A stretch of 64,000 bases of DNA from Candidatus Omnitrophota bacterium. Lineage in GTDB: Bacteria; Omnitrophota; Omnitrophia; Omnitrophales; Aquincolibacteriaceae. Position 1 is the first letter of the stretch. Every line of letters begins with the position of its first letter. Below are positions 8,450-19,765 of the stretch, piece after piece. The notes below the pieces were generated by a model. The model was not told where the DNA came from and made no database searches. It was given only the letters and a program-made list of their open reading frames with translations. The position numbers were made by a program, and so were the translations under genes. The stretch is taken from the NCBI GenBank assembly GCA_022709525.1, contig JAKLIQ010000003.1, positions 129,771 through 193,770 on the forward strand, in the 5' to 3' direction.

Positions 8450-9024
8450 AACGCTTGGCATTTTTAGTTTCTGGAAACGGTACTAATATGGCGAATATCA
8501 TCGCTCGGATCAGGGCGGGCGAGATCTCCGCGGATCCTGCGATCGTGATCTCCAACAAGCCTGGCGCCAAGGCGCTGGAGAAGGCTTCGGCTCTTGGGGT
8601 CAAGACGGCGATGATCGATCATCAATCTTATGCCGATCGCGCGGCTTTTGATAAAGCGCTCGATCGATGCCTGGAAGAAAACAAGATCGACCTTGTGGTA
8701 CTGGCCGGGTTCATGCGCGTTTTGACCGAGGGGTTCGTAAGGAAATATTACGGGCGGCTTATCAATATCCACCCGGCGCTTTTACCGAAATTTCCCGGCG
8801 CTCATGCGATCAGGGACGCTTGGGAAGCGAAGGCAAAAGAGACCGGCGTGACGGTCCATTTTGTCGATACGGGCGTCGATACGGGCCCGCTTATCCTTCA
8901 GCGCAAGATCTCCATTCTTCCCAACGATACCCTGGAAACGCTCGAGACCCGCATCCATGAAGTCGAATACCAGCTTTATCCGGAAGCGCTCGACCTTGTT
9001 CTGAGAGGGAAAGCCAAACCCTAA
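8446..9024 (+). CDS. purN: Phosphoribosylglycinamide formyltransferase PurN (intact copy)
   Basis: MKRLAFLVSGNGTNM…, NIHPALLPKFPG, formyl transferase fold; first 45 nt AT3-rich unlike rest of gene. Confidence 0.85.
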   Translation: MKRLAFLVSGNGTNMANIIARIRAGEISADPAIVISNKPGAKALEKASALGVKTAMIDHQSYADRAAFDKALDRCLEENKIDLVVLAGFMRVLTEGFVRKYYGRLINIHPALLPKFPGAHAIRDAWEAKAKETGVTVHFVDTGVDTGPLILQRKISILPNDTLETLETRIHEVEYQLYPEALDLVLRGKAKP

Positions 9025-9054
9025 GCTTGGAGTTATGGACACTCCCGGCGAATT

Positions 9055-9063
9055 TGCTATAAT
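9055..9063 (+). promoter_or_regulatory. Extended -10 element TGcTATAAT upstream of eno
   Basis: tgctataat at 9055-9063, ~65 nt before ATG; RBS aaaaggag before 9129. Confidence 0.3.
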
Positions 9064-9098
9064 CACGGCCTCAATTTGTCTGTTTTTCTTCGTTATGA

Positions 9099-10891
<1,793 letters not shown>

Positions 10892-10955
10892 AGACCGTCT
10901 TTTTCTCTCCGGTTTATTTTCGAAAAGCGGGTGAAAAGGGCGTTTTTCAGCTCGA

Positions 10956-10983
10956 TTGACAAGGTAAATGTTATCCATATAAT
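10956..10983 (+). promoter_or_regulatory. Near-consensus sigma70 promoter TTGACA-N16-TATAAT
   Basis: TTGACA 10956-10961, TATAAT 10978-10983; followed by GC hairpin (CTGCCTGCC…GGCAGGCA) in 5'UTR of 11065 gene. Confidence 0.4.
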
Positions 10984-11064
10984 AATAACCTCTTTTGTCT
11001 CAAAGAGTTACGCCATTTTAATAACCGCCTGCCTGCCGGGAGGCAGGCAAGATCAGAGGTCCCT

Positions 11065-12081
11065 ATGAGAAGCTGGCAGAAGGGAGTTTTTTTTCTTTTT
11101 TTTGCTGTTTTTTCGATCTCCTTCAGTGTGTTTGTATGGGCCGATGAAGACACGGCGACCATGCAGACCGAGCCCGATGTCGATATGGGTGTGGAAGAAT
11201 CCACCCCGATATCGCCCAAGGCCGAAGAAGCCCAGGTAGAACAAACAGAGCTTCCGGGGGCCCTTGAAGTGGAACCCGCGGCTTTGCCCGGAACTTCAGC
11301 AGATGAGACCGCTTCCGCGTCCCAGGCGCCGAAGCCCGCGGCCGCCGTAGAGCCTATCCCGAGCACTTCGGTGCCCTCCGGGCTTGTGGAAGTGGGCGGG
11401 TTCAAATACCCCGTCTATCTTTTTGTGCCGAAAGATTACAAGCTAGACCGTACGTACGCGATGATCATGATCGCTCCGGCGGAATCCAAAACGGCGCAAG
11501 AACAGATCGAATATTTAACAGGCCTTGCGCAGAGGAAAAGCATTTTTATCTTGGCGCCTTATGAGATCTGGCCAAAATCGGGGACGACCCCTTACCAGCT
11601 GGATGACTGGCTTTTGTCGGTCAAAAAGGATATCGCTGAAAGGTTTCCGATCAATAAAAAAAGGATCTATCTTCTCGGGAAGGGTTCGGGTGCCCAGTAT
11701 GGCGGTTATCTAGCGACAAAATACCCGCAGGAATTTTCAGCGGTCACGCTTCTCGAGGAAGCATGGGACGGGCCTTTTTCGCCGTTGGTGCGCCCCCGGT
11801 CCGACGCGGCCAGCCAGGTCCCTTTTTATGTCGCTTTAAAATCGGACGGGGACGCCGAATCGCGCAATCAGCCCTGGTTCGATGATTTCCAGAAAAAGGG
11901 CTATCCGGTCCATCTCGCGGAATATCAGAACAACGACGAGCTTGATACCTTGGAATTCAAAAAGACTTTTTTTGAGTGGATGGAAACCACAAGCCAGAAT
12001 TGGGCGCTTTCAACGGCTCAGGGCGAGAAGAGTTGGAAGGGAAAATTCAAAAAAGGCGTTAAGGATTTCTTCGCGGTCTAA
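11065..12081 (+). CDS. Secreted protein with acidic low-complexity N-region and alpha/beta-hydrolase-like C-terminal part (possibly catalytically degenerate)
   Basis: Signal peptide MRSWQKGVFFLFFAVFSISFSVFVWA; YLLGKGSGAQYGGYLATKYPQEFSAV resembles esterase nucleophile-elbow region but not canonical GxSxG. Confidence 0.45.
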   Translation: MRSWQKGVFFLFFAVFSISFSVFVWADEDTATMQTEPDVDMGVEESTPISPKAEEAQVEQTELPGALEVEPAALPGTSADETASASQAPKPAAAVEPIPSTSVPSGLVEVGGFKYPVYLFVPKDYKLDRTYAMIMIAPAESKTAQEQIEYLTGLAQRKSIFILAPYEIWPKSGTTPYQLDDWLLSVKKDIAERFPINKKRIYLLGKGSGAQYGGYLATKYPQEFSAVTLLEEAWDGPFSPLVRPRSDAASQVPFYVALKSDGDAESRNQPWFDDFQKKGYPVHLAEYQNNDELDTLEFKKTFFEWMETTSQNWALSTAQGEKSWKGKFKKGVKDFFAV

Positions 12082-12104
12082 TCTCCCCGCACAGGAAACA
12101 AACC

Positions 12105-13790
12105 ATGAAACTCACTGGGGCGCAGATCCTCATCAAATGTCTTGAAAAAGAAGGCGTGAAGCATGTTTTCGGGCTTCCAGGCGGGGTCATTCTGCCCACT
12201 TACGACGTGCTTTATGATTCGAAGATCAAATTGATCCTCACGAAACATGAGCAGGGCGCGACCCATATGGCTGACGGCTATGCTCGCGCGACCGGCCGTC
12301 CCGGCGTTTGCCTTGTAACCTCGGGCCCCGCCGCGACCAATACGGTCACCGGCCTTGCGACGGCTTATATGGATTCCGTGCCGCTCGTCTGTATTACGGG
12401 GCAAGTCACGACGAACGCGATCGGAAGCGACGCTTTCCAGGAAGTGGATATCGTCGGGATCACACGCCCGATCACCAAGCATAATTTTCTGATCAAAGAC
12501 GTCCGCGATATCGCGCGCATCGTGCGCGAAGCGTTCTATATTGCCACGACCGGCAAGCCCGGACCCGTATTGATCGATTTTCCGGTCGATGTCAGCCGCG
12601 CCAAAACGGATTTCGTATGGCCAAAAGATGTTTTTATCCGGAGCTATCAACCGGATGTGGAATGCCCGGGCGTGGAGGAACAACTTCAGAAGGCCGCCGA
12701 TTTGATCCGCGCGAGCAAAAGGCCCGTTCTTTACGTGGGCGGCGGGGCGATCATTTCCGGCGCGGAAAAAGAGATCCGGGAATTCGTGCAAAAAACAGGG
12801 ATCCCGATCACCACCACGATTTTAGGGCTCGGCATTTTTCCGGAGACGCATGCGTCGTCGCTTCGGATGCTCGGGATGCACGGGACTCATTTCGCGAATT
12901 ATGCGGTGCAGAATGCCGATGTCTTGATCGGGATCGGCGCCCGCTTCGATGATCGCGTGACGGGGAATGTGGCGAAGTTCGCCCCGCATGCCAAAGTCAT
13001 CCATGTGGACATCGACCCCTCTTCGATCTCCAAAACGGTGCGCGTGCACGTGCCCGTGGTGAGCGACGTTAAGAGCGCCATGGAAAAACTGAACTGTCTT
13101 GTAACGGACAAGCGTCCGGATATCGAGGGCTGGCTTGCCCAGATCGCCGCGTGGAAACAAAAGCACCCGATGAAATATGATGCGGCCGGGCAGAAGATCC
13201 ATCCGGCCTATGTGATCGAACAGATCGGGGAATTGACCCAACACAAGGCCATCGTGGTGACGGGCGTGGGGCAACATCAGATGTGGGCGGCCCAGTGGTA
13301 CCGGTTCGATCGGCCGCGTACCATGCTCACTTCCGGCGGCCTTGGGACCATGGGGTACGGCTTTCCTGCCTCGATCGGGGCGCAACTCGGAAAACCCCAA
13401 GAGACGGTAATTTGCATCGAGGGGGACGGATCGTTCCAGATGACCATGACCGAACTGGCCACCGCGGCCTACCACAAAGTTCCGATCAAGGTCTTTATCA
13501 TGGATAACGGCTACTATGGCATGGTTCGGCAGTGGCAGGAACTTTTTTACAAACGCCGTTACTCGGGCTCCGTGATCGGGCCGACCAATCCGGATTTTGT
13601 GAAATTGGTGGGGGCCTACGGCATTCTCGCGATCCGCATTCGCGAGAAAAAAGAAGTGATCCCGGCGATCAAGAAAGCATTGGCGCACAAAGGCCCGGTC
13701 GTGGTGCAGTGTCTTGTTTCCAAAGAAGCGAATGTGTATCCGATGGTCCCGGCCGGGAACGCGCTGGACCAGATCATGGATATGGCCTAA
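12105..13790 (+). CDS. ilvB: Acetolactate synthase large subunit (TPP enzyme)
   Basis: TPP-binding GDGSFQMTMTELATA; N-terminal FGLPGGVILPTYD. Confidence 0.85.
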   Translation: MKLTGAQILIKCLEKEGVKHVFGLPGGVILPTYDVLYDSKIKLILTKHEQGATHMADGYARATGRPGVCLVTSGPAATNTVTGLATAYMDSVPLVCITGQVTTNAIGSDAFQEVDIVGITRPITKHNFLIKDVRDIARIVREAFYIATTGKPGPVLIDFPVDVSRAKTDFVWPKDVFIRSYQPDVECPGVEEQLQKAADLIRASKRPVLYVGGGAIISGAEKEIREFVQKTGIPITTTILGLGIFPETHASSLRMLGMHGTHFANYAVQNADVLIGIGARFDDRVTGNVAKFAPHAKVIHVDIDPSSISKTVRVHVPVVSDVKSAMEKLNCLVTDKRPDIEGWLAQIAAWKQKHPMKYDAAGQKIHPAYVIEQIGELTQHKAIVVTGVGQHQMWAAQWYRFDRPRTMLTSGGLGTMGYGFPASIGAQLGKPQETVICIEGDGSFQMTMTELATAAYHKVPIKVFIMDNGYYGMVRQWQELFYKRRYSGSVIGPTNPDFVKLVGAYGILAIRIREKKEVIPAIKKALAHKGPVVVQCLVSKEANVYPMVPAGNALDQIMDMA

Positions 13791-13808
13791 AAAGGCAAAG
13801 GAGTTTTT

Positions 13809-14369
13809 ATGCAGCATACGGTATCAGTGCTCGTGGAAAATCATTTTGGCGTGCTGGCGCGCGTCGCGGGACTTTTTTCCGCGCGCGGGTTCAATATTGA
13901 CAGCCTTGCGGTCGGAGAGACCCAGGATCCTGAAGTGTCGCGGATGACTGTGGTCGCCAAAGGCGATGACCGTGTCGTCGAACAGATCATGAAACAGCTC
14001 AATAAGCTCGTGGACGTGATCCGCGTTGAGGACCTGACGGCCAAGGACATGATCGCGCGCGAACTGGTGTTGATCAAGGTCAGGGCCAACGCCTCGAACC
14101 GTAACGATATCATGCATGTCGTCAACACGTTCCGTGCCAAGATCGTGGATGTCAGTCCCGAATCGCTTACGATCGAAGTGACGGGAAGCGAAGGCAAGAT
14201 CGACGCCATGCTTGAGTTGCTGCGTCCTTTCGACCTCCAGGAAGTCGTCCGGACGGGCCAGATCGCGATGGCGCGCCGGGGCCAGCTTAAAGCGCCGTCC
14301 AAATGCGGCGGAAAATCCGGCCCCTGCAGATCGTCAAAAAAACAGGCAAAGAAAACAAAAAAGAAATAA
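13809..14369 (+). CDS. ilvN: Acetolactate synthase small (regulatory) subunit with Lys-rich C-terminal extension
   Basis: ACT domain HTVSVLVENHFGVLARVAGLFSARGFNIDSLAVG. Confidence 0.8.
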   Translation: MQHTVSVLVENHFGVLARVAGLFSARGFNIDSLAVGETQDPEVSRMTVVAKGDDRVVEQIMKQLNKLVDVIRVEDLTAKDMIARELVLIKVRANASNRNDIMHVVNTFRAKIVDVSPESLTIEVTGSEGKIDAMLELLRPFDLQEVVRTGQIAMARRGQLKAPSKCGGKSGPCRSSKKQAKKTKKK

Positions 14370-14405
14370 TTTCAACCGTATCACGACCGAAGAAAGGATA
14401 AAAAA

Positions 14406-15407
14406 ATGGCAGTTAAAATTTATTACGACAAAGACGCGGATTTGAACCTCCTGAAAGGGAAAAAGGTCGCGATCATCGGTTACGGGATCCAGGGCCGCGG
14501 TCAGGGCTTGAATCTCCGCGATTCCGGCGTGAACGTGATCGTTTCCGAGATCCCCGGAACGCCCAATTACGAGCAGGCGACCAAGGACGGTTTCAAACCC
14601 GTTTCCGCGAGCGAAGCGGCCCAGCAAGGGGATATCATCCAGATCCTCACGCAAGACCATCTCCAGGCCGAGATCTATGAAAAACATATCGCGCCGAACT
14701 TAAAAACCGGTAAATCGCTTTGTTTTTCTCACGGCTTCAATATTCATTTCGGTTATATCAAGCCCGCTAAAGATATCGATGTATTCATGGTCGCCCCGAA
14801 AGGGCCGGGCTCTTTAGTCCGGTCGCAATTTGTGGAAGGTGGCGGCGTGCCTTGCCTTGTCGCGGTCCAGCAAAATCCAAGCGGGAAGGCGCTTCAGACC
14901 GGTCTGGCTTACGCTAAGGCGATCGGCGGAACGCGCGCGGGCGTGATCGAAACAACCTTCAAAGAAGAGACCGAAACCGATCTTTTCGGCGAACAGGCCG
15001 TTCTTTGCGGCGGTCTGACCGAACTGATCGCGGCCGGTTACGATACCTTGGTTGAGGCCGGGTATCAGCCCGAGATGGCTTATTTTGAGTGTCTTCATGA
15101 AGTGAAACTGATCGTCGACGCGATGTTCCTGCACGGCATCTCCGGCATGTACCGCCGGGTCTCGGATACCGCCGAATACGGCGGTTACACGCGCGGGCCG
15201 CGCGTCATCACAAAGGGCACGCGCAAGGAAATGAAAAAAATGCTCAAGGAGATCGTGTCCGGAAAATTCGCCAAGGAGTGGATGGCGGAAAATAAAAAAG
15301 GCCGGCCGAATTTCAAGAAAATGCGCGAAACCTGCGAACAGCATTCGATCGAAAAGGTCGGCGCCAAATTGCGCGATATGATGGAGTTCATCAAAAAAGC
15401 GAAGTAA
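14406..15407 (+). CDS. ilvC: Ketol-acid reductoisomerase
   Basis: [21 protein letters not shown] Rossmann + KARI C-domain. Confidence 0.9.
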   Translation: MAVKIYYDKDADLNLLKGKKVAIIGYGIQGRGQGLNLRDSGVNVIVSEIPGTPNYEQATKDGFKPVSASEAAQQGDIIQILTQDHLQAEIYEKHIAPNLKTGKSLCFSHGFNIHFGYIKPAKDIDVFMVAPKGPGSLVRSQFVEGGGVPCLVAVQQNPSGKALQTGLAYAKAIGGTRAGVIETTFKEETETDLFGEQAVLCGGLTELIAAGYDTLVEAGYQPEMAYFECLHEVKLIVDAMFLHGISGMYRRVSDTAEYGGYTRGPRVITKGTRKEMKKMLKEIVSGKFAKEWMAENKKGRPNFKKMRETCEQHSIEKVGAKLRDMMEFIKKAK

Positions 15408-15429
15408 GAAAGAGAGTTTTTAAAAAACC

Positions 15430-16977
15430 ATGAAAGAAAAACGCAAGATCTACATTTTTGATACGACTTTGAGGGATGGGGAGCAATCGCCGGGCGCGTC
15501 GCTGACGCCGGACGAGAAGCTGAAGATCGCCCGCCAGCTCGAGCGTTTGAATATAGATATCATCGAAGCGGGTTTTCCGGCGTCCTCTCCGGGGGAAATG
15601 AAAGCCGTTTCAATGATCGCGGAAAATGTGCGTAAACCGGTCATCTGCGGCCTTTCGCGGATGATCCCCAAAGACATTGACGCTTGCCGACGGGCTCTCG
15701 AGAAGGCGGCCAAAAAACGCCTTCATGTTTTTTTGGCGACTTCCCAGATCCACCGGGAGTTCAAGCTCAAGAAAGACAAAAAAGAGATCCTCGCCATGAT
15801 CGAACGCGAGATCCGTTCGGCGGCTAAAAGCTTCAAGCAGGTGGAATTCTCTCCGGAAGACGCTTCCAGGACCGAGCGGGATTTTTTGTCGGAAACGGTC
15901 CGGGCGGCGATCCAGGCGGGCGCAACCTCGGTCAATATCCCCGATACGGTCGGTTATGCGGTGCCGCAAGAGTTCGGAGAATTGATACGATTCCTTGTTC
16001 AAAAGAATCCGGGTCTCGGGAAAAAGATAGCACTTTCGGTTCATTGTCATAATGACCTCGGGCTCGCGACCGCGAATTCGCTGGCAGCGGTCTTGGCCGG
16101 CGCCAATCAGGTGGAATGCACTGTCAACGGCATCGGCGAACGGGCGGGGAATGCGTCGCTCGAAGAGATCGCGATGACGATCGATACCCGCGCGGATTTC
16201 ATGGATTGTTATACCGATATCAAGCTTTCGGAGATCACCAAGGCATCCCGCCTCGTTTCGCATTTGACCGGGATGGTCGTTCAACCGAACAAAGCGATCG
16301 TGGGACGCAACGCCTTCTGGCATGCGTCCGGCATCCACCAGGATGGCGTTCTTAAAAAACGTCAAACCTATGAGATCATGGATCCCAAAAAGATCGGACT
16401 TTCCGGCAATCAATTAATGCTCGGCAAGCTCTCCGGAAAACATGCCTTCGGCGTCCGGGTCAATAAGCTCGGGTTCCGTTTGACGGCGCAGGAGATGGAC
16501 CAGGCGTTCGTTCAATTCAAAGCGCTTGCTGATAAGAAAAAATATATCTTTGACGAAGATCTCGAAGCTATTTTGCAAAACGAGATCGCCAAGATCCCCG
16601 AGACCTGGAAACTGGTCTCGATGAAAGTGGTCTCTGAAACCGGGACCAAGCCTTGCGCCGAGATCGCCCTTTCTTATGAAGGAAAGCTTAAAAAGGCAAC
16701 CTCAACCGGCGACGGGCCGGTGGATGCCTGTTATAAGGCGGTCGAGAAGATCGTCGATTCCAAAGCGAAACTGATCCATTACGGCTTGCAGTCGGTCACG
16801 GGTGGCAAGGACGCTTTGGGCGAGGTTTTAGTCAAGCTTGAGATCTGCGGCAAAGAAGTGACGGGGCGCGGCACAAGCACGGACATCATCGAAGCGAGCG
16901 TGCGCGCCTATCTTTTCGCGCTCAACAAAGTTTCGGCGAACTCCCAACGGGCCAAGGGCCGTTCCTGTTCGGTGTGA
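15430..16977 (+). CDS. leuA: 2-isopropylmalate synthase
   Basis: IFDTTLRDGEQSPG, HCHNDLGLATANSLAAV; C-terminal regulatory domain. Confidence 0.85.
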   Translation: MKEKRKIYIFDTTLRDGEQSPGASLTPDEKLKIARQLERLNIDIIEAGFPASSPGEMKAVSMIAENVRKPVICGLSRMIPKDIDACRRALEKAAKKRLHVFLATSQIHREFKLKKDKKEILAMIEREIRSAAKSFKQVEFSPEDASRTERDFLSETVRAAIQAGATSVNIPDTVGYAVPQEFGELIRFLVQKNPGLGKKIALSVHCHNDLGLATANSLAAVLAGANQVECTVNGIGERAGNASLEEIAMTIDTRADFMDCYTDIKLSEITKASRLVSHLTGMVVQPNKAIVGRNAFWHASGIHQDGVLKKRQTYEIMDPKKIGLSGNQLMLGKLSGKHAFGVRVNKLGFRLTAQEMDQAFVQFKALADKKKYIFDEDLEAILQNEIAKIPETWKLVSMKVVSETGTKPCAEIALSYEGKLKKATSTGDGPVDACYKAVEKIVDSKAKLIHYGLQSVTGGKDALGEVLVKLEICGKEVTGRGTSTDIIEASVRAYLFALNKVSANSQRAKGRSCSV

Positions 16978-17855
16978 AAAAAGAAAAAGACCTCAAACTG
17001 TACGGCATTTTCGGGCACCCCCTTTCTCACACACTTTCTCCGGCGATGCACGAGGCCGCGTTCCGCCAGCTTGGCATCAACGCAAGCTATATCGTCCTCG
17101 AACTTGTTCCCGCGGCGTTCAAAAAAATGATGTCACGCTCCTCGGAGCTTGTTCTTTCGGGATTCAACGTTACCGTCCCTTATAAAGAGACGGTCATGCG
17201 TTATCTGGATGAAGTCCGACCGGAAGCGCGCGCGATCGGTGCGGTGAATACGGTTTACCGCCGCGGGAAACGGTGGATTGGGACTAATACGGATATGGAA
17301 GGTTTTCTGATCGCGCTCGGGCGGGACGGGAAATTCCATCCGTTCGGCAAGAATGCCGTGATCTTAGGCGCCGGCGGCGCCGCGCGGGCCGTTGTTTACG
17401 GTCTTTCACGGGAAGGCGCCCGGGAGGTCCTCATCACGGATTGTTTTCCGGAAAAAGCCCGCAGGATCGCGAATGCGATGCGGCGGCTTTTTCCAAAGAC
17501 GCTTTTTCGAGCCGTTCCGGCGGGGAACCAAAAGGTCAAGGAGGCCCTTCAAAAAGCCGATGTTATCATAAACGCGACGCCTCTTGGCTTGAAGCCGGGG
17601 GATCCCGAGATCGTTCCGTCGTCTTGGATCCCCGAGGCGGGTAGGCAAAAGAAATTATTCATGGACCTTGTTTACAATCCGGCGAAAACGTCTTTTTTAA
17701 AGGCCGCGAAAAGCAAAGGCCATAAAACCTTGAACGGGCTCGGTATGCTGCTTCATCAAGGCGCGCGAGCCTTGGAATATTGGACGGGAAGGAAAGCGCC
17801 GGCTGAAACGATGCGAGAGGCGCTTTTTCTGGCACTGAAAGAGAAGAGAGGATGA
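16974..17855 (+). CDS. aroE: Shikimate dehydrogenase
   Basis: LYGIFGHPLSHTLSPAMHEAAF, NTD, VILGAGGAARA. Confidence 0.8.
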   Translation: MKKEKDLKLYGIFGHPLSHTLSPAMHEAAFRQLGINASYIVLELVPAAFKKMMSRSSELVLSGFNVTVPYKETVMRYLDEVRPEARAIGAVNTVYRRGKRWIGTNTDMEGFLIALGRDGKFHPFGKNAVILGAGGAARAVVYGLSREGAREVLITDCFPEKARRIANAMRRLFPKTLFRAVPAGNQKVKEALQKADVIINATPLGLKPGDPEIVPSSWIPEAGRQKKLFMDLVYNPAKTSFLKAAKSKGHKTLNGLGMLLHQGARALEYWTGRKAPAETMREALFLALKEKRG

Positions 17856-17856
17856 C

Positions 17857-18645
17857 ATGGATCCTGTCACACCGTGGTTCATCTTTTGCGTGGGAGCGAT
17901 CGTCGGGAGTTTTTTAAATGTCTGCATTTACCGGATGCCGCGAGATCTCTCGATCGTTTTTCCGAGATCCTTTTGCCCTCAGTGCAAGGCGAAGATCCCA
18001 TGGTATGAGAATATCCCGCTCGTAAGCTATCTCTTGCTTCAGGGAAAATGTTTCCGGTGCCGCCGGCCGATCCCGATCCGTTATTTTCTTGTCGAACTGG
18101 CCTCCGCGTTGATCGCCTGGTCTTTGTGGCGGCAGTACGGCCTTTCGGCGGAATTTTTTACAGGAGTTATCTTTTTTGCGTTGATCCTTGTCGCCACGAT
18201 GACAGATTTTGAGACGGGTTTGATCCCGGACCAGATCACGATCCCCGGGATGCTCTTGGGGCTCGCGCTCAGCGTTACCGGGCACGGGCATTTCCCGCAG
18301 ACATTGTGGCACCAAAAGCTTTTCGAATCCTTTCTTGGCCTTCTGGCCGGCGGCGGCATTCTCTTTTTGGTTGGATGGCTGGGTAAACTCGCTTTCCGGA
18401 AGGACAGTATGGGCGGCGGCGATGTGAAGCTTTTAGCCATGATCGGCGCCTTTATCGGTCTCACGAAGATCGGGCTCGTGTTCCTGCTCGCCCCGTTCCC
18501 GGCGCTGCCCTTCGCGATCTGGCAACGCTTCGTCAAAAAAGAAGAAACGATCCCTTTCGGCCCCTTTCTCGCGCTTGCGGGCGCCGTGATGTTCATGGAG
18601 GGGGACGCGGTCATTAACTTTTTATCAAAATTATACGGAGTCTGA
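17857..18645 (+). CDS. pilD: Type IV prepilin peptidase (A24 family)
   Basis: Zn-finger CPQCKAKIPW…CFRCRRPI, polytopic membrane domain. Confidence 0.75.
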   Translation: MDPVTPWFIFCVGAIVGSFLNVCIYRMPRDLSIVFPRSFCPQCKAKIPWYENIPLVSYLLLQGKCFRCRRPIPIRYFLVELASALIAWSLWRQYGLSAEFFTGVIFFALILVATMTDFETGLIPDQITIPGMLLGLALSVTGHGHFPQTLWHQKLFESFLGLLAGGGILFLVGWLGKLAFRKDSMGGGDVKLLAMIGAFIGLTKIGLVFLLAPFPALPFAIWQRFVKKEETIPFGPFLALAGAVMFMEGDAVINFLSKLYGV

Positions 18646-18646
18646 T

Positions 18647-19765
18647 ATGCTTCGATACATCACAGCGGGAGAATCACACGGACATTACTTGGCGGCCATC
18701 CTCGAAGGATTTCCAAGCGGTCTTGCCATGGACCTTGATTTCATCAACGCGGAAATGCGCCGCCGTCAGGGCGGTTTTGGGCGCGGCAGCAGGCAGAAGA
18801 TCGAGACCGATGGCGTCGAGATCCTGGGGGGCGTGATCAAAAAGGTCACGACCGGCGCGCCGCTCGGGTTTCTTCTGACCAACAAGGATTTTAAGATCGA
18901 AGAAATGCCGGAACTTTTCCGTCCGCGGCCGGGTCATGCCGATCTTGCCGGCTCGGTCAAATACCATCAAGGGATCCGGGCCGTGCTCGAGCGCTCAAGC
19001 GCTCGCGAAACATCGATGCGCGTCGCCGTCGGCGCTGCCTGCAAGCTTTTGCTCAAAGCATTCGGGATTGAGATCGCGGGCCATGTGGTCCAGATCGGAA
19101 ATGTCATGCTTCCCGACGAAGCCATTACGGTCGAAGAGATCCGCAAAGGCTCCAAAGATTCGCCGGTCCGCTGTGTTTGCAAAAAAACCGAGAAGGCGAT
19201 GATGCAAGCGATCGCTAAAGCCATGAAAAACGGCGATTCCCTTGGCGGGAAATATGAGATCCGCGCGACCGGATTGCCGATCGGGCTTGGATCCTATGTC
19301 CATTTCGAGCGGAAGCTTGACGCGCGTCTGGCAATGGTTCTGATGAGCCAGCAATCCGCCAAAGCGGTCGAGATCGGGGACGGTGTGGCGCTGGCCGGCA
19401 TGCTCGGATCGGAAGCGCACGATGAGATCTTCTATAGCAAGGCCCGCGGCTACTTTCATAAGACCAATCATGCCGGCGGGTTCGAAGGCGGGATGACGAA
19501 TGGAGCGGACCTGGTCGTTCGCTTGACCATGAAGCCGATCTCAACGCTTGCTAAGCCGCTTGCGTCGGTCAATATGAAGACTAAAAGGCCCGAAAAAGCG
19601 GACTTCGAGCGGAGCGACGTCTGTGCCGTGCCGGCGGGAAGCGTGATCGGCGAATCGCTTGCGGCGTACGTCCTGGCGGACGCTTTTCTTGAAAAATTCG
19701 GCGGTGATTCGGTCACAGAGATCCATCATAATTACGAAGGGTATCTCAAGCGTGCCCGCGCCTGA
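18647..19765 (+). CDS. aroC: Chorismate synthase
   Basis: GESHGHYLAAILEGFPSGL, RHDVCAVP-like SDVCAVP. Confidence 0.9.
   Translation: MLRYITAGESHGHYLAAILEGFPSGLAMDLDFINAEMRRRQGGFGRGSRQKIETDGVEILGGVIKKVTTGAPLGFLLTNKDFKIEEMPELFRPRPGHADLAGSVKYHQGIRAVLERSSARETSMRVAVGAACKLLLKAFGIEIAGHVVQIGNVMLPDEAITVEEIRKGSKDSPVRCVCKKTEKAMMQAIAKAMKNGDSLGGKYEIRATGLPIGLGSYVHFERKLDARLAMVLMSQQSAKAVEIGDGVALAGMLGSEAHDEIFYSKARGYFHKTNHAGGFEGGMTNGADLVVRLTMKPISTLAKPLASVNMKTKRPEKADFERSDVCAVPAGSVIGESLAAYVLADAFLEKFGGDSVTEIHHNYEGYLKRARA

Noticed and set aside
19659-19751. ORF-track start of aroK at 19659, overlapping aroC by about 100 nt
   Set aside because: The Walker A motif IYLIGMMGSGKT begins at about 19770. The GTG at 19752, overlapping the aroC stop, gives a normal-length shikimate kinase.
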